From: Bacteroidota bacterium | GTDB taxonomy: Bacteria; Bacteroidota; Bacteroidia; CAILMK01; JAAYUY01 | Direction of reading: 5' to 3' | Length of the DNA stretch: 64,000 bases | Assembly (NCBI GenBank): GCA_016776505.1 | Contig: JADHTG010000012.1 | Span: 223 to 64,222, forward strand | In this document: in pieces, positions 45,540-54,166 of the stretch | Numbering within the stretch: position 1 is the stretch's first letter | Layout: each line of letters begins with the position of its first letter | The notes under the pieces: model-generated | The model's input: the letters and a program-made list of their open reading frames with translations, nothing else | The model's database searches: none | What the model was told of the DNA's origin: nothing | Program-made: the position numbers and the translations under genes

Positions 45540-46604
45540 TTATTTCATTAAAGCAGCTTGTTTGAGATTTGAAAAATAGATGGCAAAAGCACGATAAAGG
45601 AAATGCGTCCATTTCCCAAATGGGACTATTAATAATCCCCATTGAGCAATTACTATCAGGTGAATAAAATACACCCAGAGATTATTCTCAATAGCTCCGG
45701 CATCAACCAGAATACGAGTAATAAATGCAGTTAATCCAAGTAAAAATAACCAGACTACAAACATCCAATCGCTGGGGTGTGAAAACTTTGAAGATTCTCT
45801 TTTTTTGCTGGATCTTTTCAATACAAAATCAAAGGTAAATATAAATACAAGAGCCCCTACAATATAGCCTATCCACTTTACAGTTTCTGAATCTGTATTA
45901 AACCAATTGAAGAATACAGTTATCACAAGCAATCCCAAATAGCCTATAACTATCAATAAATGTTCTACCCAGCGGAATGTATCTCCTTCACATTTTAGGT
46001 AATTCTTTTGTGTGAATAGGTTGACAAATAAACTTAGGCTATTGCTTATATACGCAAAAACAGGTACTTTGAGTTTATTCTTCAGAATGACAAACCAAAA
46101 CATTCTCAAAAGGTTTGGAAGAAGGATCAAACAGGCAACCGCATAAATCACATATTTTTCAAATTTATGTCCGAACTCCATCATGGCTTCGGCTTTGAAG
46201 TCCTTCGTGATTCCAATCACTATTATTCCAATGGCTACAACGATCATCGCGATGAGGAATGCTGGTAAAGACTTATAGAATAACCTGGCAATTCCAGTCC
46301 AATCATATTTAATGGTGAGCCATCTGCGAAATGACATCATTAGTTCACCAGGATTTGCTTCACGAGGACATGTTTCAGAACATTCTCCACAATAATAGCA
46401 TAACCATGGATCCACATCAGTGACTAGTTTATTTTTAAATCCAAGCTGAACGTTGCGGATGATTCTTCGTGGAAACAGTATGTTTTCTTCTGTCAGTGAA
46501 CAGACAGCTGTGCAGTTCCCACAATGAAAACAGTCCTGCCAATCTTCTTTGACGCCAAATCGATTCAGGTCTAATTTCAAATCAGGATTAACTCGGTATC
46601 TCAT
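45540..46604 (-). CDS. FeS-plus-membrane subunit (QmoC/HdrE-NarI-like): 2x[4Fe-4S]-type N-domain fused to a polytopic domain
   Basis: CFHCGNCTAVCS and CYYCGECSETCP motifs, followed by about 6 TM helices with conserved His (WVEHLL, FIHLIV, KWTHFL). Confidence 0.65.
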   Translation of the reverse strand: MRYRVNPDLKLDLNRFGVKEDWQDCFHCGNCTAVCSLTEENILFPRRIIRNVQLGFKNKLVTDVDPWLCYYCGECSETCPREANPGELMMSFRRWLTIKYDWTGIARLFYKSLPAFLIAMIVVAIGIIVIGITKDFKAEAMMEFGHKFEKYVIYAVACLILLPNLLRMFWFVILKNKLKVPVFAYISNSLSLFVNLFTQKNYLKCEGDTFRWVEHLLIVIGYLGLLVITVFFNWFNTDSETVKWIGYIVGALVFIFTFDFVLKRSSKKRESSKFSHPSDWMFVVWLFLLGLTAFITRILVDAGAIENNLWVYFIHLIVIAQWGLLIVPFGKWTHFLYRAFAIYFSNLKQAALMK

Positions 46605-46606
46605 AA

Positions 46607-48403
46607 TTATTTCTTCATTAATTGATTAATGCTTGTTTCAACATCAGTAAGTTTTATATCTTTAATACTTTTCTGTATTTTCCCTTTGATGATGCTTTGT
46701 AAAACCCTGGCTGCTGCTGCAGAAGCCTGTGCAACAGTATCAGGAATGTCTTTGGGTCCCTGGCATAATCCAGCAATCGAAATACCTCCTGTTGAAGTAT
46801 TAACCGGGTTGCTGTTATAATTGACTTCATTGTACCATCCTTCCTTTGAAGATGGAATACCCAGCATATTTGCCAGCTCATTTGAATTTTCAGCTGCCTC
46901 AAGACCAATTGCCAGAACCACCATATCCACTTCCTGCTCAATGATTTTTTCATTCAGTATATCTTCGCTTCTCAGCTCCAGCTTTTGATCCTTTTCTTTA
47001 ATGCTTGCTGTTCTACCACGGATCATATGCACATTTTCCTGTTTTATTCTTTCATAAAACTCTTCATATCCCTTTCCGAATGCCCGCATATCGATGAAAT
47101 ATTCAAACACATCTGCTTCCGGAATTTTTTCTTTGATCAGGTGTGCCAGTTTCAAAGAATACATGCAACACACTTTTGAACAATACTTGTTGTAATTTTC
47201 ATCCCTACTCCCAATGCAATGGATCACAGCAATTTTAGAAGGTGTTCCTGAACCATCTTTAAAAATCCAATTTCCCTTTTTATCCTGGCTGCGGAAAGTG
47301 ATATTTCCACCAGTGGGTCCCGAAGCATTGATCAACCTTTCAAACTCAAGTGAGGTCAGTACATTTGGAAATTTCCCGTAACCAAATCTTTCAATCCTTT
47401 TAGCATCAAAAGGTTTGAAGCCAGAGGCTACGATGATATTTCCTACTGTAATTTCAACATCTGTATCTTTTTCATCCAGATCAATACAATCCGGAACAGG
47501 ACAAAGTTTCACACAAACCTTGCACTTCCCGTTTTCAAAATAGGTGCAATTTGCTTCATCAACCAGGTATTTGTTGGGTACGGCTTGTGGAAATGGAATG
47601 TAAATAGCCTTTCTCATGGCAATGCCTGCATCAAATTCACTTGGAGCAACTCTCGGACACTTCTCTGAACAAATACCGCAACCAATGCAAGTTGCCAAAT
47701 TCACTTTGCGCGCCTTCTTATGGATTGTGACCTTATAATCACCCGGCACTCCGCTAATGGATTTCAACTCCGCATAGGTGATCAATTCAATGTTGGAATG
47801 CTGGCCCACATCCACCATTTTTGGTGTCAGTATGCATGCAGCACAATCCAGTGTGGGAAAGGTTTTATCAAACATGGCCATATGCCCACCGATGGTCCCT
47901 GTCTTTTCAAGAAGAAAAACTTTCTGGCCTCCGTTGGCTATCTCCAGGGATGCCTGAATTCCTGCAATTCCGCCGCCTATTACCAAAGTATCTGGATGTA
48001 CATCCACTTCATCAGGAACCAGCACTTTTCTAATATCGACTCCTTTAATGGCACATAAAAGGACCACTTTTGCCATTTCAGTGCTTTGGCCATTTAAGTA
48101 GGCATGTTCAACAAATGAAGCGAGTTCAATATTTTCAGCTTTTTTACCAGCAAGGCTCATGGCACTTACGAAAAGGTTTTTAATTTCACCCGGAAAATCA
48201 CCCGCAAGAATCATCTTATCAGGATTCACTTCTTTTATTTGTTCATTAATTTTTTCAGGTGATTTTAAATCCAATTCTGTTGTATTCCAAATCTTTGTAA
48301 CCTGGGGTAAGCCGGATGCATAATCGTATAACTCCTTGAAATTGAAGTAGTCTGAAAACCCTTGTCCCGAATCATAAAAACAAATTCCAATTTTATCTCC
48401 CAT
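46607..48403 (-). CDS. HdrA/QmoA-like flavoprotein (HdrA2; inserted ferredoxin domain, degenerate N-domain, no C-terminal ferredoxin)
   Basis: FAD motif VIGGGIAGIQASLE, TLDCAACIL, inserted CIGCGICSEKCP...CKVCVKLCP and HdrA signature HCIGSRDENYNKYCSKVCCM. I prefer the ATG at 48403; the ORF track uses a TTG at 48427. Confidence 0.82.
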   Translation of the reverse strand: MGDKIGICFYDSGQGFSDYFNFKELYDYASGLPQVTKIWNTTELDLKSPEKINEQIKEVNPDKMILAGDFPGEIKNLFVSAMSLAGKKAENIELASFVEHAYLNGQSTEMAKVVLLCAIKGVDIRKVLVPDEVDVHPDTLVIGGGIAGIQASLEIANGGQKVFLLEKTGTIGGHMAMFDKTFPTLDCAACILTPKMVDVGQHSNIELITYAELKSISGVPGDYKVTIHKKARKVNLATCIGCGICSEKCPRVAPSEFDAGIAMRKAIYIPFPQAVPNKYLVDEANCTYFENGKCKVCVKLCPVPDCIDLDEKDTDVEITVGNIIVASGFKPFDAKRIERFGYGKFPNVLTSLEFERLINASGPTGGNITFRSQDKKGNWIFKDGSGTPSKIAVIHCIGSRDENYNKYCSKVCCMYSLKLAHLIKEKIPEADVFEYFIDMRAFGKGYEEFYERIKQENVHMIRGRTASIKEKDQKLELRSEDILNEKIIEQEVDMVVLAIGLEAAENSNELANMLGIPSSKEGWYNEVNYNSNPVNTSTGGISIAGLCQGPKDIPDTVAQASAAAARVLQSIIKGKIQKSIKDIKLTDVETSINQLMKK

Positions 48404-48584
48404 AGAATTTAATTTTTGGTATTTCAAATTGATAATAACCTATTTTGAAAGTGTAAGAACGAATTATATAAATTGAATTGAAAGCTAGCAACAAATCCAT
48501 TTGCAGATTAAATAGTTGTTTTTTTTTTGTGCTAATATTACTAAGCCCCATATTGATTTAAAATGACATCCATCAGTTAGTAAT

Positions 48585-48598
48585 ATGATAAATATCAT
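48585..48598. promoter_or_regulatory. Palindrome ATGAT-AAAT-ATCAT upstream of the hdrA2-mvh operon
   Basis: tatgataaatatcata has 6-bp arms TATGAT/ATCATA. It lies between the Crp/Fnr stop (48653) and the operon start. Confidence 0.45.
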
Positions 48599-48652
48599 AA
48601 AACGAAACATGTGATCCGGCAATAAATACTTTGAGGTTTTTTAGGGCAGGAA

Positions 48653-49363
48653 TTATTCAAGCAATTCAGCTACTTCCAATAAGCCTTTTAAATCAGTGAT
48701 AGTTATTGTTCTCCCTTTAACTGAAATGAGTCCTTCATTTTTTAATTCCCCCAGTACACGGATGACCGTTTCAGTTGCAGAGCCTACTGTATTGGCCAGT
48801 TCATCTCTTGTTAACCTGATTTGATAGCCTTTTTGAGCATCCTCTGTTACATACGTATTATTAATAATGATAAGAGATTCTGCAACTCTTTGTCTGACTG
48901 TTTTTAAGGCAATGGACGTCATCTTGCTCTCCGCTTCAAAAAGCATCCTGCTGAGGGAAACGAGCATATAATTTGTCATATTGGGGTATTTCATTATCAG
49001 CTCAAAAATTTTCCGGTTATTGATAAAGCAAACAATAGAATCTTCAATGGCAGCACTGGTAGCTGAATATTTAGTTCTTTCTATCATGGCCTTTATTCCG
49101 AAAAGTTGGCCTGGAGCGACAAATCTTATGATATACTCTCTTCCATCCAATCCATCTTTATAAAGCTTAACTTTTCCTTTATGCAGACAGTATACTCCAT
49201 TAGGATTAGCCCCTTCGTAAAAAATAATCTGATTTTTTTTAAAAAATGTACAACTTTTTTCTATGCTTAAATCCCGCAGATCTTCATGGGATAGAATATT
49301 AAAGTAAGTTTTAAATCTTACCTCACATTCTTCACAGGTCGGTTTTGAAAATCTTGTTCTCAT
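48653..49363 (-). CDS. Crp/Fnr-family transcriptional regulator with N-terminal CxxC
   Basis: N-terminal CEEC, a cNMP-binding-like domain and an HTH (TRDELANTVGSATETVIRVLGEL). Confidence 0.9.
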   Translation of the reverse strand: MRTRFSKPTCEECEVRFKTYFNILSHEDLRDLSIEKSCTFFKKNQIIFYEGANPNGVYCLHKGKVKLYKDGLDGREYIIRFVAPGQLFGIKAMIERTKYSATSAAIEDSIVCFINNRKIFELIMKYPNMTNYMLVSLSRMLFEAESKMTSIALKTVRQRVAESLIIINNTYVTEDAQKGYQIRLTRDELANTVGSATETVIRVLGELKNEGLISVKGRTITITDLKGLLEVAELLE

Positions 49364-49480
49364 ATATAAGAACGTGATTTGCTTTTAAATAAATATTAAA
49401 TTTGAATGTATTCTATGTTTCATTCCAAAAAATCAATTTTAATATGAGACACTAATGTAGTGTAAATTTTTTATTAAAAT

Positions 49481-49494
49481 ATGACCTATATCAT
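49481..49494. promoter_or_regulatory. Inverted repeat ATGAC-CTAT-ATCAT upstream of the Crp/Fnr gene
   Basis: aaatatgacctatatcatc lies about 124 nt upstream of the ATG at 49363. Confidence 0.4.
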
Positions 49495-49712
49495 CTTTTA
49501 GCCACTTTTTTCAGTAAAATTGCCCTTATGGATTTAAGTGAATTTGCCTAAATTGCGAGGCAAATCTTCATTCAAAACAGCTTGTACTGAATTTAAGTCA
49601 GTACCATATGCAGATTAAATCAGAAGGATGATTCAATATGAATATTCCTAAAATTAAGATTAAAATGATTTTTAATCTTTATCGGGGAATAGCAATATTA
49701 AACTAGATCATT

Positions 49713-51065
49713 ATGCCTGAAAAAATTACATCCAAAAACCTGATGCACAATGCCATTTGGCTTGTTAAATTACGTTGGATCGCCATCACATGTCTTTTTT
49801 TCTCCATATTATTTGCAATCTGGGTTCTTGATTTAAATGTAAATGTCCAATACCTTTTAATTACGGTTTTTTGCATGATAGGCTTGAATATCATTTATCA
49901 CCTGATATTGGGATATCTTTCCGAAATAGAAGAAGCTGTAGAAAAACCCAATTTCGGCAGAGGTTTTCTCAACTTCCAGATATCTATAGATTTTATCATA
50001 CTAACATTTGTCCTGAACAATTCCGGAGGTATTGAAAATCCATTCATTGTATTCTATGTTTTACACATTGTCATTGGTAGTATTCTCCTTCCCCGCAAGG
50101 ATAGTCTTATGCAAACAACCTTCGTTGTTTTGTTGTTTATTTCACTCGTGTTTTTAGAAACCATCGGTGTTCTTCCGCATTATAGTCTGAATTCACATAT
50201 CTCAGAATTAATATCTACTGATAAGGCGTATCTTTTAGCTGCCATCCTCATCTTTATCGCTACTTCTTACCTGGTCGTTTATGTGACCAGTACGATTTCC
50301 AAAAAATTACATGATCAGCAAAAAGCGCTGGCTGCTGCCAACAGGGAGTTACTTAAAAAAGATCAGATCAAGAATGAATATGTATTGCGCGTTTCACATG
50401 ATATAAAAAATCACCTGGCTGCCATTAAAAGCAATCTCGAAATCTTAAATCAAAGACTTTTTGGGGAAATAAGTACAGAATACAATAAATATATTAAAAA
50501 TTCTTACTCCAGAACAAGTAAACTGATTGATTTTGTAAACGATTTGCTCCACTTAACTCGTATGAAGCTAAAGGATCATTTTGAAAAGGATGAATTTCAT
50601 CTTGAAGAATTAATTAAGCGCACCTACAAATCATATAAATACCAGGCTGAATCAAAACATATTGAGGTGACTATCATCGTTGAGGAAGAAGTGGAGCTTT
50701 TCTATGGCAATTCTTTTGTATTGGGTGGGGCATTAGCTAACCTCATCCAGAATTCTGTCAATTATACGCCTGAACAGGGTACAATTAAAATTAGTGCCGG
50801 CAAAGAAGATGATCAACTGATCCTGGTAATAAAAGACAGCGGTATTGGCATTCCGAAAGAAGATATTAAACATATTTTTGGAGAATTCTATCGAGGCAGT
50901 AATGTTAAATCCATTGTGGGAAGCGGTCTTGGGTTGTCATTTGTAAGGCAGGTTGCCGAAAATCATGGTGGAACTGTGTCCATAGATTCAGAACTTGGCA
51001 AGGGAACAATCATTCAAATGATTCTTCCTGTTATTGAAAAGGAAAGCAGGGAAAAATCAGCCTGA
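49713..51065 (+). CDS. Sensor histidine kinase with polytopic N-terminal membrane domain
   Basis: About 6 TM helices, DHp RVSHDIKNHLAAI and HATPase GSGLGLSFVRQVAENHGG. Confidence 0.87.
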   Translation: MPEKITSKNLMHNAIWLVKLRWIAITCLFFSILFAIWVLDLNVNVQYLLITVFCMIGLNIIYHLILGYLSEIEEAVEKPNFGRGFLNFQISIDFIILTFVLNNSGGIENPFIVFYVLHIVIGSILLPRKDSLMQTTFVVLLFISLVFLETIGVLPHYSLNSHISELISTDKAYLLAAILIFIATSYLVVYVTSTISKKLHDQQKALAAANRELLKKDQIKNEYVLRVSHDIKNHLAAIKSNLEILNQRLFGEISTEYNKYIKNSYSRTSKLIDFVNDLLHLTRMKLKDHFEKDEFHLEELIKRTYKSYKYQAESKHIEVTIIVEEEVELFYGNSFVLGGALANLIQNSVNYTPEQGTIKISAGKEDDQLILVIKDSGIGIPKEDIKHIFGEFYRGSNVKSIVGSGLGLSFVRQVAENHGGTVSIDSELGKGTIIQMILPVIEKESREKSA

Positions 51066-51068
51066 AAT

Positions 51069-51458
51069 TTATGGCAACAGCACTTTAATCGTATTAATCA
51101 AATCGTCAGGGTTTACAGTTTTTTCAAGAAATACCACTTTTTTCAACGAATCTACTTCTTCAATTGCGTCCCTGAAATTGACTCCCAGACTATCGCTCAT
51201 TGCTGTAAACATAATCACTGGTGTTTGATCAAAAGCAGGGATGTCCCTAATTTTATGCAGGGTATTAAAACCATCCAAGGTGGATTCCATCATAATATCA
51301 AGAATCAATAGATCTGGTTTCGTGATTTTTAGCATTTCCAACCCACTTTTACCATCTTTAGCAACTTCAATAATATATTCATGACTTTCAAGAATTGCTT
51401 TCAGTGAATCCAACAATTCAGCATCATCATCCACTATTAATATTTTCTTTTTTTCCAT
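51069..51458 (-). CDS. Single-domain response regulator (CheY-like receiver)
   Basis: ILIVDDD...DLLILDIMM...K receiver landmarks. 129 aa with no output domain. Confidence 0.9.
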   Translation of the reverse strand: MEKKKILIVDDDAELLDSLKAILESHEYIIEVAKDGKSGLEMLKITKPDLLILDIMMESTLDGFNTLHKIRDIPAFDQTPVIMFTAMSDSLGVNFRDAIEEVDSLKKVVFLEKTVNPDDLINTIKVLLP

Positions 51459-51525
51459 AAAATATCCTTATTGCATTGGTCCATTAATTGATGATCAAAA
51501 CTAGCTTAGATAATTTTTACAAAAT

Positions 51526-51539
51526 ATGACTCATATCAT
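51526..51539. promoter_or_regulatory. Inverted repeat ATGAC-TCAT-ATCAT between the receiver gene and hypB
   Basis: aaatatgactcatatcatatt. The centre lies about 74 nt upstream of the ATG at 51458. Confidence 0.4.
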
Positions 51540-51620
51540 ATTTTAAGACATGTAAATGTATATTCAGTTGTTATGTCAATAAATTAACGTTTTTTCTGTA
51601 AAACATTAAGAGAAATACAA

Positions 51621-51628
51621 TACTTTTG
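51621..51628 (+). promoter_or_regulatory. Candidate -7 promoter box for hypB
   Basis: tacttttg matches TAnnTTTG and lies 25 nt upstream of the ATG at 51653. Confidence 0.45.
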
Positions 51629-51652
51629 TTTTTTAAAATTAAAGGATAAAAC

Positions 51653-52447
51653 ATGTGTGATACCTGCGGATGTGAAGAAAATGGTGATATCAGAATTACT
51701 AAACCAGGTGAAGATCAGGTTCAACCAATTCATCACAAGCATGATGAAAATCACAAAGAGCATGATCATCCACATGATCATACACATCAGCATGTAAGTC
51801 GAAAAATTATACTTGATCAGAATATATTGTTAAAAAACGATTTGCTGGCTGAACGAAACAGGGGATTTTTTGAAGCCAAGAAAATCATGGTGTTTAATAT
51901 GGTCAGTTCACCGGGTTCAGGGAAAACCAGTTTACTTGAAAAAACCATACTAAAGCTTAAGGATGAACTTGAAATGGCTGTTATTGAAGGAGATCAGCAA
52001 ACAGCAAATGATGCAATGCGTATAGATAAAGCAGGAGCCAATGTGGTGCAGATCAATACAGGAAACGGATGCCACCTGGACTCGAATATGATTCATATGG
52101 CCCTGAAAAAACTCAATCCTAAAGAGGATTCCATGCTGTTTATTGAAAATGTTGGGAATTTGGTTTGCCCGTCTCTTTTTGATTTGGGTGAAAACAAAAG
52201 AGTGGTGATAATCAGTGTTACTGAAGGAGATGATAAACCCCTCAAATACCCCAATATGTTTCAAAGTTCTCATTTATGCATCATAAATAAAATAGATCTT
52301 TGCCCTTACGTTGATTTCAATATGGCCCAGGTAAAACAACATGCTCTTCAGGTCAACCCGTTAATGGAGTTCATTGAACTTTCTGTAAAAACAGGAGATG
52401 GGATAAATAATTGGTTTAACTGGATCAGGAAAGAGCGAAAATCCTGA
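51653..52447 (+). CDS. hypB: Hydrogenase nickel-incorporation GTPase HypB
   Basis: N-terminal CDTCGC (CxxCGC nickel site), His-rich stretch HHKHDENHKEHDHPHDHTHQH, and P-loop SSPGSGKTS. Confidence 0.95.
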   Translation: MCDTCGCEENGDIRITKPGEDQVQPIHHKHDENHKEHDHPHDHTHQHVSRKIILDQNILLKNDLLAERNRGFFEAKKIMVFNMVSSPGSGKTSLLEKTILKLKDELEMAVIEGDQQTANDAMRIDKAGANVVQINTGNGCHLDSNMIHMALKKLNPKEDSMLFIENVGNLVCPSLFDLGENKRVVIISVTEGDDKPLKYPNMFQSSHLCIINKIDLCPYVDFNMAQVKQHALQVNPLMEFIELSVKTGDGINNWFNWIRKERKS

Positions 52448-52559
52448 GATCAAATCAATCTTTTTTATCTATCTGATACCTAAATATCTGTATTATTAAA
52501 TTTTGTATTAATTTGCATTTTAATAATTGCTGTTAAATTATTATCAATGCACAATTAAA

Positions 52560-53183
52560 ATGAAAAATCTTCTTCCAGAAAAAACTGTTGAACGCTTAAG
52601 CCAGTGTCGCAGGGTATTGTTGAACAAATTGGATCAGGAAAAGGAATTTATTTTTTCACACGAAATTGCCAAACTACTTCACCTGACACCAGTTCAGGTT
52701 CGCAGGGATTTTATGTTGATGGGTTATACCGGGAGCCCAAGCAAAGGCTATAACATCAAAAAATTAATTAAAGCAATTGGCTATACTATTGATCCGGATG
52801 AAAGCCAGAATGCAGCGGTCATTGGGATGGGAAACCTGGGCAAAGCTATTTCGAAATATGTTGAAGATAAACGGGAGTTTTTGAAAATTGTCGCCAATTT
52901 TGATGTGGATGAAAAAAAAATAAGCAAGAGTGTTGCAGGAATTAAATGTCATCATATAAAAGATCTATCAAAGGTTATAAGGGATTTGGACATTACTATC
53001 GCGATCATTACTGTTCCAGCTAATGATGCATACGATGTGAAGGAATTACTTGTGGGCAATGGAATAAAGGGAATATTAAACTTCACCCCTGCTCCCCTTC
53101 ATGTTCCTGATCATATTTATCTGGAGGAATTTGACATCATCACCTCCCTTGAAAAAGTAGCCTATTTTGTAAAGGAAAAATAA
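52560..53183 (+). CDS. rex: Redox-sensing transcriptional repressor Rex
   Basis: Winged-helix N-domain (VRRDFMLMG), Rossmann GMGNLGKA and GIKGILNFTPAPLHVP, closely matching B. subtilis Rex blocks. I prefer the ATG at 52560 over the TTG at 52527. Confidence 0.92.
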   Translation: MKNLLPEKTVERLSQCRRVLLNKLDQEKEFIFSHEIAKLLHLTPVQVRRDFMLMGYTGSPSKGYNIKKLIKAIGYTIDPDESQNAAVIGMGNLGKAISKYVEDKREFLKIVANFDVDEKKISKSVAGIKCHHIKDLSKVIRDLDITIAIITVPANDAYDVKELLVGNGIKGILNFTPAPLHVPDHIYLEEFDIITSLEKVAYFVKEK

Positions 53184-53386
53184 AAATTTGTATTTTATTC
53201 ACAACTTTTCTTTGGTTTTTTTTCAATTTTTTTAAGAAGCCGGGGTGACCTTTGAAGCCCAAAACAGGCTTATTTATGACCCTGCACCCACATTTCCGCA
53301 TTTCACAGTTTAAACATCCTTGGAATATTATTTGCACTAATTAACAATGCTGTTGAAAAATATTTTGAAACGCATCTTATGAATTG

Positions 53387-53394
53387 TATATTTG
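53387..53394 (+). promoter_or_regulatory. Candidate -7 promoter box with upstream TTTG
   Basis: tatatttg matches TAnnTTTG and lies 26 nt upstream of the ATG at 53420. A TTTG at 53363..53366 sits at -33-like spacing. Confidence 0.45.
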
Positions 53395-53419
53395 CAACAT
53401 ATGTAAACTAACTGAATAA

Positions 53420-54115
53420 ATGAAGAAACTTTACATTTTCATCCTATTATTTATTTTTATTAGTGCCAATTTTCAGGCAAACGCGCAAAAAAGAGGAGGA
53501 GCTATACTCTCCGCGAAGTATGATTCCATTAAAGTAATCGGATTACAAAGCGATTTTGAACTTATTTCGCACAACCTGATTTATAATAATACACCTTTAA
53601 CCACTACTTATGTTTGGGTTGTTAAATCGGTTGATATGCCCACTATATGGACCATGGGTATCTGTGATAAAAATAATTGTTATTTCGGAGCGGATAGCCA
53701 GGAATTTACATTAAATGGATTGGATTCGTCTCTCTTTGATATCCATTTCTATCCTGAAAATCATGCCGGAACCGGTTGCGTAAAAGTATATGTTTATCCT
53801 AAGGGTGATTATAGCGAGGGGATTTATTTAACAGGTTGTTGTGAAGCAGGAACAAGTAGTATTTTTTCAAAGAGTTCTTTGGATTTTAACATGTATCCCA
53901 GTCCGGTAAGAAATAACCTGAATATCCAATTTTCAAGAAAAGGGACTCATGTCGTTGAAGTGTATAACATTTTAGGCAGAAGACTGATCCGTAAGGAAGT
54001 GCATAATGCCGATCGAATGAGAATCTCATTCGAAAGTCTTCAGAACGGAATGTATGTAGTTCTTTACAGGAATGAGAAAGGAAAAGTGATAACAAAAACC
54101 ATTTCCAAAGAATAA
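53420..54115 (+). CDS. Secreted protein with T9SS (Por) C-terminal sorting domain
   Basis: Signal peptide. The C-terminal ~80 aa pattern YPSPVRNNLNIQF...VEVYNILGRRL...LQNGMYVVLY is typical of the type A T9SS CTD. Confidence 0.75.
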   Translation: MKKLYIFILLFIFISANFQANAQKRGGAILSAKYDSIKVIGLQSDFELISHNLIYNNTPLTTTYVWVVKSVDMPTIWTMGICDKNNCYFGADSQEFTLNGLDSSLFDIHFYPENHAGTGCVKVYVYPKGDYSEGIYLTGCCEAGTSSIFSKSSLDFNMYPSPVRNNLNIQFSRKGTHVVEVYNILGRRLIRKEVHNADRMRISFESLQNGMYVVLYRNEKGKVITKTISKE

Positions 54116-54137
54116 TGTTAAATGTACCAAAAAATTT

Positions 54138-54166
54138 AAAAAGGACTATGATGGGTCCTTTTTTTT
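54138..54166. terminator. Bidirectional intrinsic terminator between convergent genes
   Basis: Stem AAAAGGAC/GTCCTTTT with an 8-nt loop, and T-runs on both strands. Confidence 0.7.

Noticed and set aside
53351-53357. A further TGTTGAA copy upstream of the T9SS-substrate gene, as a possible extra site of the 21.8 kb enhancer motif
   Set aside because: It is a single half-site with no inverted partner at the N3 spacing. It coincides with the -33/-7 promoter region, so it is probably coincidental.
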